Assembly: GCA_031411295.1 (NCBI GenBank)
Contig: JANOAV010000196.1
Span: 1 to 60,609, forward strand
DNA length: 60,609 nt
Reading direction: 5' to 3'
From: Verrucomicrobiales bacterium
GTDB lineage: Bacteria; Verrucomicrobiota; Verrucomicrobiia; Verrucomicrobiales; V1-33
The notes under the pieces are model-generated. The model was given only the letters and a program-made list of their open reading frames with translations, ran no database searches and was not told the DNA's origin. The position numbers were made by a program, and so were the translations under genes. Shown piece after piece: positions 8,932 to 19,042 of the stretch. Each line of letters opens with the position of its first letter. Positions within the stretch are counted from its first letter, which is position 1.

Positions 8932-10175
8932 AAGCGATCCGGCTCTAGCAGTTGCAAATCATATGCGGGCCGCTCACCAGTGAGGAACTGACTGACAATT
9001 TGCCCCGTGATCGGTGCCAGGCTCAACCCCATCATGGCGTGACCGGTGGCGATCACTAAATTATCCGCGGCCTTGGTGCGGCCAAGATACGGCAGCCCAT
9101 CTGGACTGCACGGACGCAGCCCCCGCCAGGGCTGGATGTCAGCGAAATCTTCCGGCTGAAACGCAGGATAATATTTCGGCACGGCCTTAATGATGCCTTG
9201 GACACGACGCAGGGTGATGTCCTCATTGAGCCCGGCAATCTCCATGGTGCCACCGAAGCGCATGGCCCCATCTATGGGCGTCACAGCGATTCGGGCTTCG
9301 GTGAAAATGGCGCAGATCCGCGAAAGCTGCCGCGGCTGCGGGACGGTTAGGCTGTAGCCTTTCCCGGCTTGCATGGGTAATCGCAGTTTCAATCCGGATA
9401 GCATTTCGGGTGTCCAAGACCCACCGCAGAGGACGAATTCGTTGGCCGCCAACTCTCCGGCGTTGGTCTGGACGGCTGCGATTTTCTGGCCCTGCATTTT
9501 CCAGCCGGAAATGGTGGTTTCCCAGAGAAAATTCACGCCCAACGAGCGACAGCGCGCTTCCACTGCGGCCATGAAGCGACCGGGCGACAGGTGACAATCC
9601 TTTGGATAGTAAACCGAGCCAGCGATGTCCATGGTTACCCCGGGGTCCAAGGCGGCCGTCGCTTTAGCATCCAAGACTTCAGCCGGAATGCCCAAGGCCA
9701 CCGCTTTGGCCGCGGCTGCAGCTTCTTCATCCAATCCATGGGGGGTCTTGCAGAGCATCAGCAGACCATCCTTCACCAAGCCGAAATCCATTCCGCTGCT
9801 GGCCAGATCATCGTAGAGGGCACGACTGGCAAGGCTGAGGTCTCGCAGCAACGGAGCACTGCGCGCCACATGACCTGGCGTGGCGGCACGCCAGAAGCGA
9901 TAGGCCCAACTGAGTAACGCCGGGGACAGTCTGGGTTTGATGTAGAATGGTGACTCTGGATGCCACATCCATTTCAAGCCCAGTGCCACCATCCCAGGGG
10001 CGGCCAGGGGCACGAAATGGCTCGGCACGATCATCCCCGCGTTGCCGAAAGAGCATCCGTCGCGCGTGGCAGGATTCCGTTCCACCAGCGTGACTTGATA
10101 CCCGGCTTCGGCGGCATAAAGCGCGCTGCAAAGGCCGATGATTCCTCCGCCAGCAATGATGACGTGCGTTGACAT
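8928..10175 (-). CDS. D-amino acid dehydrogenase family FAD enzyme
   Basis: GGGIIG, SFGNAG, GKGYS, WRGLRP..PDGLP, GHAMMGLSL. Confidence 0.9.
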   Translation of the reverse strand: MSTHVIIAGGGIIGLCSALYAAEAGYQVTLVERNPATRDGCSFGNAGMIVPSHFVPLAAPGMVALGLKWMWHPESPFYIKPRLSPALLSWAYRFWRAATPGHVARSAPLLRDLSLASRALYDDLASSGMDFGLVKDGLLMLCKTPHGLDEEAAAAAKAVALGIPAEVLDAKATAALDPGVTMDIAGSVYYPKDCHLSPGRFMAAVEARCRSLGVNFLWETTISGWKMQGQKIAAVQTNAGELAANEFVLCGGSWTPEMLSGLKLRLPMQAGKGYSLTVPQPRQLSRICAIFTEARIAVTPIDGAMRFGGTMEIAGLNEDITLRRVQGIIKAVPKYYPAFQPEDFADIQPWRGLRPCSPDGLPYLGRTKAADNLVIATGHAMMGLSLAPITGQIVSQFLTGERPAYDLQLLEPDRF

Positions 10176-10193
10176 GGGGTTGATGATTTCCTG

Positions 10194-11105
10194 TTAGGCC
10201 TTGGCGGGAATCACGGGCCGGGCCGCAATCCCATCATGAATGATCTTGAGGACCGTGGTGCGCTCGTTGCCTTCCAGAGTAAGGCGCGGTGCTCGCACCC
10301 ATTCTTTGCCGAGGCCAGTTTCCTGCACGCAAAGTTTGATGTATTGCACGAACTTCGGATTCACGTCCAAATGCAGCAGGGGTGAGAACCAACGGTAGAA
10401 GGCCAAAGCCTTGTCCCATTCGCCAGCACGCGTAAGTTCCCAGAAATATTGGTTTTCCGCAGGAAAGGCGATGCCCGTGCCCGCCACCCAGCCGTCAATG
10501 CCAAGGATGGCGCTTTCCAGAGCCAAGTCGTCCACGCCGGTGAAAATTGCGTAGCGGCCGCCGATAACATTGTGCAAGTCGGTAATGCGGCGGGTATTGC
10601 CGGTGCTTTCTTTGAGGGCGACGAAATTTTTCTGATCCGCCAACTCGGCAAACATTTCAGGAGTGATGTCGTGGCCGTAGCTGATGGGGTTGTTGTAGAT
10701 CATGATCGGCAGGCCCGTGGACTGCGCCACGCTGCGGAAGTGATGCAGGGATTCGCGGGTGTCCGGGGTTTTGTAAATCATCGGGGGCATGAGCATGAAT
10801 CCATCGGCCCCCATTTTCTCACAATCTTTCACGAAGCGGATCGCCTCTCCCAGGCTGGATTCGGCCACGCCACCGAGGACTGGAATGCGACCGTTCACGG
10901 TCTCGATCATCGCCTTCATGACGCTGCGTTTCTCTTCGGCGGTCATGGCTTGATTCTCGCCCAGGGAACCGAGATAAACTAGTCCTTTCACCCCGCTGGC
11001 GATCAGCGTTTCGGTGTGCGCAGCGGTGGCTTCCAAGTCGAGGGAGCCGTCTTGATGCATTTGCGTTGTGATGGCGGGAAATACGCCTTGCCAGAATGGT
11101 TTCAT
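10194..11105 (-). CDS. Dihydrodipicolinate-synthase family lyase, probably the pyrroline-hydroxy-carboxylate deaminase type
   Basis: WQGVFPAITT, LGSLGE, IYNNP, LKES Schiff-base Lys, GVDD, KFVQYIKL. Confidence 0.85.
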   Translation of the reverse strand: MKPFWQGVFPAITTQMHQDGSLDLEATAAHTETLIASGVKGLVYLGSLGENQAMTAEEKRSVMKAMIETVNGRIPVLGGVAESSLGEAIRFVKDCEKMGADGFMLMPPMIYKTPDTRESLHHFRSVAQSTGLPIMIYNNPISYGHDITPEMFAELADQKNFVALKESTGNTRRITDLHNVIGGRYAIFTGVDDLALESAILGIDGWVAGTGIAFPAENQYFWELTRAGEWDKALAFYRWFSPLLHLDVNPKFVQYIKLCVQETGLGKEWVRAPRLTLEGNERTTVLKIIHDGIAARPVIPAKA

Positions 11106-11189
11106 AATTGTGTGGTGTTTGAAGTGAAGTTTACCCTGCCACCATGGCACGCATTTCGCAAATTGTCTTGATTTGATCTCGCCTCCAAA

Positions 11190-11942
11190 ATGCCAAAACG
11201 AGCACAATTCCCCACCTTTTCCCTATCCGTCCTTTCGAGCCTGCCCATGGAAGCGGTCACGGAACTGTTCGAGTGTGTCCCGGAGGTCGCGTTTTTTGTC
11301 AAAGATCGGTTGGGCCGCTACACGGCGGTGAACCGCTCGTTGCTGCAACGGGTCGGCTTGAAACGACGGGAGGATCTGCTGGGACGCAGTGTGGAGGAGA
11401 TCTTCCCGCCGAACCTGGCGGAACGTTATGGCCACCAGGACGAAGCCGTCCTGCGGCAAGGCCGGGCGGTGCGGGATCAATTGGAATTGCACTGGCAGAT
11501 CAATCGAAAGCCGGGATGGTGCCTTACCACCAAGCTGCCGCTGCGGGACGCGGGAGGCGCTATCATTGGCCTGGTGGGGATCTCCCGGGATGTGCCCGGC
11601 CCGGGGGAAACCCGCGCGCTGCCTGCCTCCGTGGCCTCCGCCGTGGAGTATTTGCGGCAACATTTTGGCGAACGTATTTCCCCCGCCAGTCTGGCGAAAC
11701 GAGTTGGCGTCTCCCCCGTGCGCCTGGCCCGGCTCACCCATCGGCTCTTTAGTCTAACCCCCACTCAACTCATCACCCAAACGCGCATTCAAGCGGCGGC
11801 GGAGCGGTTGGGCCATGGGAAAATGAGCATCGCAGACATCGCGCTGTCCTGCGGTTTCACCGACCACAGTGCCTTCACCAGAGCCTTTCGTATTGCGGTC
11901 GGGATTACTCCGACCGCCTTCCGAAAGCAAACTCCCCCCTGA
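11190..11942 (+). CDS. AraC-family regulator with an N-terminal PAS domain
   Basis: FFVKD..GRY..VN, WCLTTKLP, GISRD; C-terminal IADIALSCGFTDHSAFTRAF. Divergent from the lyase/dehydrogenase pair. Confidence 0.92.
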   Translation: MPKRAQFPTFSLSVLSSLPMEAVTELFECVPEVAFFVKDRLGRYTAVNRSLLQRVGLKRREDLLGRSVEEIFPPNLAERYGHQDEAVLRQGRAVRDQLELHWQINRKPGWCLTTKLPLRDAGGAIIGLVGISRDVPGPGETRALPASVASAVEYLRQHFGERISPASLAKRVGVSPVRLARLTHRLFSLTPTQLITQTRIQAAAERLGHGKMSIADIALSCGFTDHSAFTRAFRIAVGITPTAFRKQTPP

Positions 11943-11972
11943 AGGGGCGCACCCCAACTTCACTTGCCCAAG

Positions 11973-12836
11973 CTACGCTTCGCGGTTCGCTCCCGTGACA
12001 TCGAGATAGAGTTCTTCCAAGGTCGTGCGGGAATTGCCAGCGGAGATCACGTGGGCGCGACCGTCGCTGGCGACGAGTTCCTGGATCTTAGCCAGCAAGT
12101 CAGGCGACGCACCCTTGAGCAATATTTCCTGCTGATCTTGGAGTGCGATTAATTTCTGCAACGGACCTTCCCGCACCATCCGGCCTTGGCTCATAATGCC
12201 GATGCAATCGCAGACTTCCTGGACTTGCTCCAACAAGTGACTAGTTAGGATGATCGTGATCCCCCGGCCTTTGAGTTCCAAAATAAGATCGCGAATGGCG
12301 CGACTGCCCGCTGGGTCCACCCCTGCGGTGGGTTCATCCAGCACCACCAGGCGTGGATTCTGCACCAGGGCCTGAGCCAGTCCAATGCGTTGCAGCATCC
12401 CCTTGGAATATCCCCCCACGGCCCGATCCGCTGCGTGCTCCAATTTCACGAGATGCAGCAATTCGGCCGTGCGGGCGTGCAACTCCGCTTTATTCAAGCC
12501 GCACAGTTTCCCATAGAAATGCATCGTCTCCCGGGCGGTCAGATGTTTGTAGAAATAAGGGTTTTCCGGCAGATAGCCCACCGCGTCCCGACTGCCGATC
12601 TCCGTGCTGTCCTGTCCAAAAATTTCGGCCTTGCCGGAAGTTGGTTTGAGCAGGCCCAGCAGGACCTTCAGCGTCGTGCTCTTCCCGGAGCCATTCGGGC
12701 CGATCAAACCATAGACTTCCCCGGGAGCAATCGTCAGGCTGACGTCATCCACCGCCAGCACTTCCTTGGCGCGCAGGGTGGGCAGGCGAAATTTCTTCAC
12801 CAGATGATCGATTCGAACAGCAGGGGGGGCATCCAT
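11973..12836 (-). CDS. ABC transporter ATP-binding protein
   Basis: GPNGSGKST, YSKGM, LDEPT, SH. Confidence 0.93.
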   Translation of the reverse strand: MDAPPAVRIDHLVKKFRLPTLRAKEVLAVDDVSLTIAPGEVYGLIGPNGSGKSTTLKVLLGLLKPTSGKAEIFGQDSTEIGSRDAVGYLPENPYFYKHLTARETMHFYGKLCGLNKAELHARTAELLHLVKLEHAADRAVGGYSKGMLQRIGLAQALVQNPRLVVLDEPTAGVDPAGSRAIRDLILELKGRGITIILTSHLLEQVQEVCDCIGIMSQGRMVREGPLQKLIALQDQQEILLKGASPDLLAKIQELVASDGRAHVISAGNSRTTLEELYLDVTGANREA

Positions 12837-12939
12837 GATGGTAGAATGCAGGCATTTGCCAGAGGTTTCAAGACGATCTTGACAAATCTCACAGTTGGCT
12901 GAAGATGGAGCCGTGCCGCCCAACGAGGCGTCATTTTAC

Positions 12940-13015
12940 AGGTCAATAGCTCAATTGGTAGAGTAGTGGTCTCCAAAACCATTGGTTGTGGGTTCGAGTC
13001 CCTCTTGGCCTGCCA
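12940..13015 (+). tRNA. tRNA-Trp (CCA)
   Basis: Acceptor AGGTCAA/TTGGCCT, D arm GCTCAATTGGTAGAGT, anticodon loop CTCCAAA, GGTTCGAGTCC, encoded CCA end. Confidence 0.97.
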
Positions 13016-13068
13016 CTTTCACGAGAAAAGTGGCGGGTTTCGGTCGTGTGTAGGATCGCACAGGTCCC

Positions 13069-13446
13069 CTAAGTATGATTCTGCATGGCGTCCGCCACGG
13101 TGCGGAAAAACGAGGTTAGTGTAGGCTTGGTCTCTGGCGGCAGCGGAACTTCCGTCATCGCTTGATCCATGAGCTGCAGCCAGCGTTCCTTGGCGGTCGC
13201 ATCAATTACGAAGGGGAAATGCCGCATCCGCAGCCGGGGATGCCCCCGCAATTCCAAATACCGCGTGGAGCCGCCGAAGCGGAAAATCAGGAAATCCACC
13301 AGGCGCTCCTCGGCTCCCGCCATATCTTCCGGCGGATACATGAGGCTGAGGATATCATCGGTGCGCACCCGTCGATAGAATGCCGCTACGAGGTCGCGAA
13401 TGGTTGGTTCGGTGAGTTGGTCATGAAGAATACTAACTGGGTCCAT
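13069..13446 (-). CDS. Truncated (group II) globin
   Basis: LVAAFYRRV..D..L..MYP, FGG..Y..RGHPRLRMRH.PF.I...WL..M. Confidence 0.92.
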   Translation of the reverse strand: MDPVSILHDQLTEPTIRDLVAAFYRRVRTDDILSLMYPPEDMAGAEERLVDFLIFRFGGSTRYLELRGHPRLRMRHFPFVIDATAKERWLQLMDQAMTEVPLPPETKPTLTSFFRTVADAMQNHT

Positions 13447-13569
13447 GCCCTATGCTGACATGGAAGCCTCCATTTGGCCAGCAATCGTTTATCCGGTTTA
13501 TGATGTGATGGCTTTTCGGTTGCTCCCGCTTCCAGTCCATGGCATTTCTCCGGTAGATTCCCCTTCGTT

Positions 13570-14550
13570 GTGTCCACCCCACCGTTACTAAAAGTCACCG
13601 ATTTAAAAGTTCACTTTCCTGTGAAGGGAGGCGTATTTCTGCGCTCCGTGGCCAGTTGCAAGGCCGTGGATGGGGTTTCCCTGGAGTTAGGACGCGGGGA
13701 GACGCTGGGCATCATTGGTGAGTCCGGTTGTGGTAAGACCACGCTGGGCAAGGCCATTGTGCGACTTCTGAAACCGACCTCCGGGCAAATCGAGTTTGCC
13801 GGAAGGGATATTGCCACGGCCTCCACCTCGCAATTGCGCGGCATGGCGCGGGATTTTCAAATGATCTTCCAAGACCCCGCGGAATCGTTGAATCCCCGCC
13901 AAACTGTCTCGGACATCGTGGCCGAGCCTTTCGTGATCCAAGGGATGGGCACTCCAGCCGAACGCCGTCGCTGGGTCGAGGAACTCCTGGATAAAGTGGG
14001 GCTCCCGAAATCCGCCGCGCGGAAATTTTCCTTCGAATTCAGCGGTGGGCAGCGCCAGCGCATCGGCATTGCCCGGGCCATCGCGCTCAAACCACGCCTC
14101 ATCGTCTGTGACGAGCCCGTCTCCGCGTTGGACGTTTCCGTGCAGAGCCAAGTGCTCAATCTTCTGATGGATCTCCAACAGGAAATGGGATTGTCCTACC
14201 TCTTCATCTCCCACAACCTGGCCGTGGTGAAGCACATCAGTGACCGCCTCGCCATCATGTATCTGGGCAAGATTGTGGAAATGGGCACCGCCGAAGAACT
14301 CTATCGCGCCCCGCGCCACGCCTACACCAAGGCTCTCATCTCCGCCATTCCCGTGCCCGATCCCACCGTGGAACGGAATCGCATCCGCCTAACCGGAGAC
14401 ATCCCCAGCCCCATCAACCCACCACCCGGATGCGCCTTCGGGCATCGCGTCAAGGCCCCGCGCTATCTGGAAAGCGAGCAGCGAGAAATCAAGCTCCAGG
14501 AAATCACCCCCGGCCACTGGGTCTCCGATTGTCCCTGCTGCGTTGCCTAA
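13570..14550 (+). CDS. Oligopeptide/dipeptide ABC transporter ATPase (OppF/DppF type)
   Basis: GESGCGKTT, FSGGQRQR, CDEPVSALD, C-terminal PSPINPPPGC. Confidence 0.93.
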   Translation: MSTPPLLKVTDLKVHFPVKGGVFLRSVASCKAVDGVSLELGRGETLGIIGESGCGKTTLGKAIVRLLKPTSGQIEFAGRDIATASTSQLRGMARDFQMIFQDPAESLNPRQTVSDIVAEPFVIQGMGTPAERRRWVEELLDKVGLPKSAARKFSFEFSGGQRQRIGIARAIALKPRLIVCDEPVSALDVSVQSQVLNLLMDLQQEMGLSYLFISHNLAVVKHISDRLAIMYLGKIVEMGTAEELYRAPRHAYTKALISAIPVPDPTVERNRIRLTGDIPSPINPPPGCAFGHRVKAPRYLESEQREIKLQEITPGHWVSDCPCCVA

Positions 14551-14578
14551 CATAGGATCGCAGGCTGCATCGAAGCGG

Positions 14579-15127
14579 CTATTTCTTGAAGATGAAGAAT
14601 TTCCGGCAGAGGAAATTGATGAGAACATTGGGAAGAACGAAGCCAGCAAACGCCAAAGAGGTGGGCCAATGGAGGCTGTGGAGCAGAAATGCCATGATGG
14701 CGGTTCCAGCAATAGCACCTGGAGCATTTACTAGCGTGAAGATGAGAAATTCCACCAGTTTGGAATGGCGTCCCGGTGTGAAGACCCATTTGGTGTTTAA
14801 CCAGTAAACGAAGGTATTGGAGAACAGAAATGCGATTCCATTGTTAATCATGGAATGCTTGGCGCGCAGGCTGTCATCGAGTTCTTGGCCCATGGGAAAG
14901 AGGAATTTGCCTAACAACGAGAAGACAGTGGTGTGCAGCGCCAACGCCCCCACACCGCAGACGGCATATTTGCAGAATTGGATGAACGGATGGGCATCGC
15001 GCGAGTTGATGGCGGCCAGGCTGGGGCCGAACCCGTTCTCCCGGAAGAAGCGCCAGCCTTGGCCCAGCAGTTGCGGGAAATGGAGCAGCAGTTGCAGTTT
15101 ACTGGGTGGGGGAGCGGAGTTTTCCAT
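14579..15127 (-). CDS. GtrA-family membrane protein
   Basis: QFCKYAVCG, four hydrophobic segments, NTKWVF, RKFFIFKK. Confidence 0.85.
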   Translation of the reverse strand: MENSAPPPSKLQLLLHFPQLLGQGWRFFRENGFGPSLAAINSRDAHPFIQFCKYAVCGVGALALHTTVFSLLGKFLFPMGQELDDSLRAKHSMINNGIAFLFSNTFVYWLNTKWVFTPGRHSKLVEFLIFTLVNAPGAIAGTAIMAFLLHSLHWPTSLAFAGFVLPNVLINFLCRKFFIFKK

Positions 15128-15130
15128 GAG

Positions 15131-16054
15131 TTAGGGCCACAGGGGATTGGGGTATTCGCCAGCTGCCACCAGCTTGAGGAGTTCGCCCTGCACGAACGGC
15201 TTGTCATTCTGATAGGTAACTCCGAACCACCGACTGGCGGTGGGGAGCACGCGGCATTGTTCCATCCCCGCCCGGATCAGTCCGTCGATGCCCAGCGGGA
15301 TGTAATATTCCGCCTTGGGATTGCTGGCATTAGCTTGCAGGAAGGCGACAAATTGTTCCTGGAGGCCGCCGAAAATTTCCGGGGTGAAGCCCCACATGTT
15401 CATGGAGACGAGTTCCGAGCCTTGCAGGGAGCGCTTGCCACCCACTTCCGGGCGATTTTCTGCTCCGGTGGGGGTTTTGTAAATATCAGTTAGTTCCTCC
15501 ACGGATGCCAGCAGGCCATCCGCGTGCACCGAGCACAAGCCCCGCGCCACCTTGCCGTGTTCACTGAGGGTATTGGCCAGGACGAATCCGACCATGCAGG
15601 TGCGGCACGGTTGCTGCGCCAGATGCGGCGTTTGGAGAAATTTTCCCAACTGAGCAAAGGAATCGCGACCGTAGAAGTCATCGGCATTGATGACGGCAAA
15701 CGGTTCTTCAATGGCCTCCCGAGCGGCCAGCACGGCGTGACCAGTGCCCCAAGGCTTGGTGCGCTCTCCCGGGGTCGTGAAGCCGGGCGGTAAATCATGC
15801 AGATCCTGGTAGACCAGATCTACGGGCAGGATTTTTTCCAAACGAGTCACGACCGCAGCTCGGAAGGCCGCCTCAGCTTCCTTGCGGATGACGAAAACCA
15901 CACGTCCGAAACCCGCCCGCTTGGCGTCTGCCACGGAGTAATCCAAGAGCGTTTCCCCCTCTGGGCCCATGCCGTCAGTTTGTTTCGAAGTGCCGCCGTA
16001 GCGGGAGGACATGCCTGCGGCCAATACCAGCAGGGTAGGATTGATGGGAATCAT
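15131..16054 (-). CDS. Sugar-phosphate nucleotidyltransferase family protein
   Basis: LAAGMSSRYGG..KQ, KPWGTGHA, INADDFYG, SMNMWGF, WFGVTY. Confidence 0.9.
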   Translation of the reverse strand: MIPINPTLLVLAAGMSSRYGGTSKQTDGMGPEGETLLDYSVADAKRAGFGRVVFVIRKEAEAAFRAAVVTRLEKILPVDLVYQDLHDLPPGFTTPGERTKPWGTGHAVLAAREAIEEPFAVINADDFYGRDSFAQLGKFLQTPHLAQQPCRTCMVGFVLANTLSEHGKVARGLCSVHADGLLASVEELTDIYKTPTGAENRPEVGGKRSLQGSELVSMNMWGFTPEIFGGLQEQFVAFLQANASNPKAEYYIPLGIDGLIRAGMEQCRVLPTASRWFGVTYQNDKPFVQGELLKLVAAGEYPNPLWP

Positions 16055-16057
16055 GCG

Positions 16058-16756
16058 CTAGTGAATCAGACCGGTCAGGATGGCGAGGGGGATGGAAGCG
16101 TAGCCCAGGAAGATGCCGATGGCGTAGGCCTTGCCGGCCAAATCCAAGGCGGTGCGGGTGCGCGGGGTAGTCAGTCCCAGCGTCTGGAAGACACTGGAAA
16201 AGCCATGGCTCAGGTGCATGCAGAGCAGCCCGATGGCGACGAGATAGAAAATGGAGGCCGGCAGCCAGTTGAAACCGTCCACCACCATGTTATAGACATG
16301 GTGACTTCCGTTCCACAGGTAGCGGGGATTGGTGCCATCATAGTAATGGTTCCGCACGCCCCAGGTGAAATGGGAAAGATGATAGAGGACGAAGGCTAGA
16401 ATCACCAAACCGCTGATGATCATGGTGCGGGAAGCCTTGGAGGCCCGGCGGGTGGCAGGACAGCCATATGCCACGGGGCGAGCGGCCCGGTTCTGCCGCA
16501 CTAATTGGATGGTGGCCACGACGTGCAGGACCAAGGAGACCAGAAGTCCGATGCGCGCCACCCAGAGCGCGTTGCCCAAGTCATGGAGCCATTTGGCATA
16601 AGTGTTGAGGGCGTCAGCCCCTTTGAAGACCAATAAATTTCCCAGCAGGTGGCCTGCCAGAAAGAGCAGCATGGCCAACCCGGTCAGGGCGACAATGATT
16701 TTTTTGCCAATCGAGGAGTTGTAAAATCGGGTGATGGAGGTCCACAGGGAATTCAT
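16058..16756 (-). CDS. sdhC: Succinate dehydrogenase cytochrome b subunit
   Basis: SSIGKKIIVALTG, HLLGN, conserved heme His residues, HLSHG.SS.FQTLG; five TM helices. Confidence 0.9.
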   Translation of the reverse strand: MNSLWTSITRFYNSSIGKKIIVALTGLAMLLFLAGHLLGNLLVFKGADALNTYAKWLHDLGNALWVARIGLLVSLVLHVVATIQLVRQNRAARPVAYGCPATRRASKASRTMIISGLVILAFVLYHLSHFTWGVRNHYYDGTNPRYLWNGSHHVYNMVVDGFNWLPASIFYLVAIGLLCMHLSHGFSSVFQTLGLTTPRTRTALDLAGKAYAIGIFLGYASIPLAILTGLIH

Positions 16757-17028
16757 AAGCAAGTCAGTATTAGAGAGGGGCGGGAAATTTTGCAAGCGGG
16801 GGAAATGGGACGAATTGACATCCCTCGTCTGCGGAAATGGTTCCCGCCCCTAGAATGAACGAATCTGGGCCTGCCGAGGTCGAAGCTTTCCAGCGACAAA
16901 CTTTTGCAATTTTTTGCTCGTCGCACCGTATAACCCACAGGGAGCAGGTTTGCGTTTGAAAAGTTACTTAAGTTTTCGAAAATATCATTCGCAATTCACT
17001 CCCTCGAGCTATGCTGATAAACACCTCT

Positions 17029-17400
17029 ATGGAAATGATTTACCGAACCCTCCTTGCCCCCCGTTTATGGCTGCTGCCTTTGGCCGGGCTTATGTTAACT
17101 TCCTGCTCAGACACCCGAAGGTTGGAGGCAGAACTCAAGGAGTTAAAGACGCGCGAAGTGGAATTAACCACCGAGTCCACCCGGTTGGAGGCAGAGGCTT
17201 TCAATAGTCAACGCAGACTCGGAGAAACCGAGCGCGGCGTGCGGGGCAACGAACGGGAAGCTACCCTGGCGGATACGAAAACGTTCCAACTCAAAACCAG
17301 ACTGGAGTATCTGCAAGCCGCCACCAAAGCCGCCAGTGATCAAAGTGATGCGCTGAACTCGGATACCACCAGATACAAGGCCAAGTATCTCAACAAATAA
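17029..17400 (+). CDS. Coiled-coil lipoprotein
   Basis: Lipobox LMLTSC followed by a charged helical sequence. Start uncertain (17011, 17029 or 17035). Confidence 0.7.
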   Translation: MEMIYRTLLAPRLWLLPLAGLMLTSCSDTRRLEAELKELKTREVELTTESTRLEAEAFNSQRRLGETERGVRGNEREATLADTKTFQLKTRLEYLQAATKAASDQSDALNSDTTRYKAKYLNK

Positions 17401-17414
17401 AGGTCGGCAGAAAT

Positions 17415-18326
17415 ATGGAATCGAAATCAATTATCTTTGGTATCATCGCGTTAATCCTCGGTGGGGGGGCCGCCGCCGGAGTGCAAAGCTTTAGAGCGGA
17501 AGGGCTCAAAAGCGATCTGCGTCGCAAGCAGGCGGACGTGCAGGCGCTGGAGCAGACCGTCAGCCAGTCAAAAGAAACGATCATGCGCACTGAGAAGCGA
17601 ATCGAGGATTATCACACGAGTGCCAATGCTCACTTCGCCCATCTACAGGCGGCGGATGAAATGGAGCGGGCGGTGGCCCGTCAGGGGAAAGCCTTCGAGT
17701 CGGCCAAGGAGAAGTGGGCGGTGAATGTCCAAATAATGCAGGAAGCTTTGGCCGCCGTGCGCCTGGCGTTTCGGGATCAAGTCGTGCCCACGATTGCGAT
17801 AAAAAATGGGGATGCGCTCAAAGACTGCCGCTTCACTGCCTGCAAAGAGGGGCTGGCGGTCTTCCAGCACAGTGCTGGCACCGCCCGCCTGAGTAGCGCC
17901 CAACTGCCACCGGAATTGGCGGACCGATTGCGGCCGAACTTCCCCCCGCCGCTCTTGCTGCCGCCGGACCCAGATGCTCCCAGGATTTCCCCCGCCGGCA
18001 CGCCGAACCTCCTGGCCGGCGGACCCGCAGCGGACCCTCCCGCCGCGCCCCATGACAGCCCGACACCTCCGCCTCCCCCCAATCTGCCAACGCCCCAGGC
18101 CGAAGCCTTCACGGCCAAACATCAGGCCATGGCCAACCTCAAAGGGCAGATCTCGGCCGCCGAGCTACAGATTTCGGGCTATCAGCAGCTGGCCAATCAG
18201 GCTACCACCGAGGCCGAGAAGCGGAAGGTGGATTCCGCTCTGCGCTCGCTCCAAAGCCAGATCATGGAGGCACAATCGCAAATCAACAAGCTGCAACAGG
18301 AGCTCGAGCGACTGCGCCCGAATTAG
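17415..18326 (+). CDS. Membrane-anchored protein with coiled coils and a Pro-rich linker
   Basis: N-terminal hydrophobic helix, two coiled-coil regions, central small domain (QHSAG..LPPEL), Pro-rich linker. Confidence 0.7.
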   Translation: MESKSIIFGIIALILGGGAAAGVQSFRAEGLKSDLRRKQADVQALEQTVSQSKETIMRTEKRIEDYHTSANAHFAHLQAADEMERAVARQGKAFESAKEKWAVNVQIMQEALAAVRLAFRDQVVPTIAIKNGDALKDCRFTACKEGLAVFQHSAGTARLSSAQLPPELADRLRPNFPPPLLLPPDPDAPRISPAGTPNLLAGGPAADPPAAPHDSPTPPPPPNLPTPQAEAFTAKHQAMANLKGQISAAELQISGYQQLANQATTEAEKRKVDSALRSLQSQIMEAQSQINKLQQELERLRPN

Positions 18327-18952
18327 GCCTCCGGGCTGGCGACTTCGTTTGTGGGGTCGGCTGGAGTTTCCTCCAGATCGAGAATTTCTCCGGTGAAATT
18401 TACCTGGAGGCGTTCCAGAATCGCGTCGGCTCCCTTGAAGCGCAGATCATCGATGCTGGCCTTTTTGGTGGCCCCATTCTTTTGATAGTAAACCTTGGCC
18501 AAACCTTTTAATTTCCAAGGCCGACGGTCGATCTTCACCACGTCGCTAAAGGGGATTTCCGGTCCCCACGGTGGCGTGAACGACTTGGCATCGCTGCGCA
18601 GTTTGCGCGGATAACTCAGCAGATGATAGACCGACGAGAACACCCCCAGCAGGCCCACGCCGAGCGCCCAGTAGAGCTGCTCGTTGACTTTGCGTTCATC
18701 CATTTCCTCGGGTTCTTTGTCCCACCCACGCTCCGCAGAATACTTCACCCATTCCTCGGTCTTGCCTTCCTTCTTATAGTTTACGAACTGTTGGTATTTG
18801 TCCAGTTTCTCCGGGTAGCCCACTTTGTAATCGTAGTAAAACCATGCTCCCATGAGCAGTGGAATCAACGAGAACGGCACCACCCGTTGCCAGAGATACC
18901 ATGGCGTGGCAGAACAAACGATGGTTTCGGAAGTCGAATTAGGTTCAGACAT
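18323..18952 (-). CDS. Hypothetical membrane protein
   Basis: Two TM segments and a soluble C-terminal domain. Confidence 0.7.
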   Translation of the reverse strand: MSEPNSTSETIVCSATPWYLWQRVVPFSLIPLLMGAWFYYDYKVGYPEKLDKYQQFVNYKKEGKTEEWVKYSAERGWDKEPEEMDERKVNEQLYWALGVGLLGVFSSVYHLLSYPRKLRSDAKSFTPPWGPEIPFSDVVKIDRRPWKLKGLAKVYYQKNGATKKASIDDLRFKGADAILERLQVNFTGEILDLEETPADPTNEVASPEA

Positions 18953-19042
18953 AAGTTTCAGGAAAATGGGGGTGGCCTTTACTCTCTCATTTCCCACCGG
19001 GCGGCAAGCATTTTCTCCCACACCGGTAACGTGGTAACGTGC

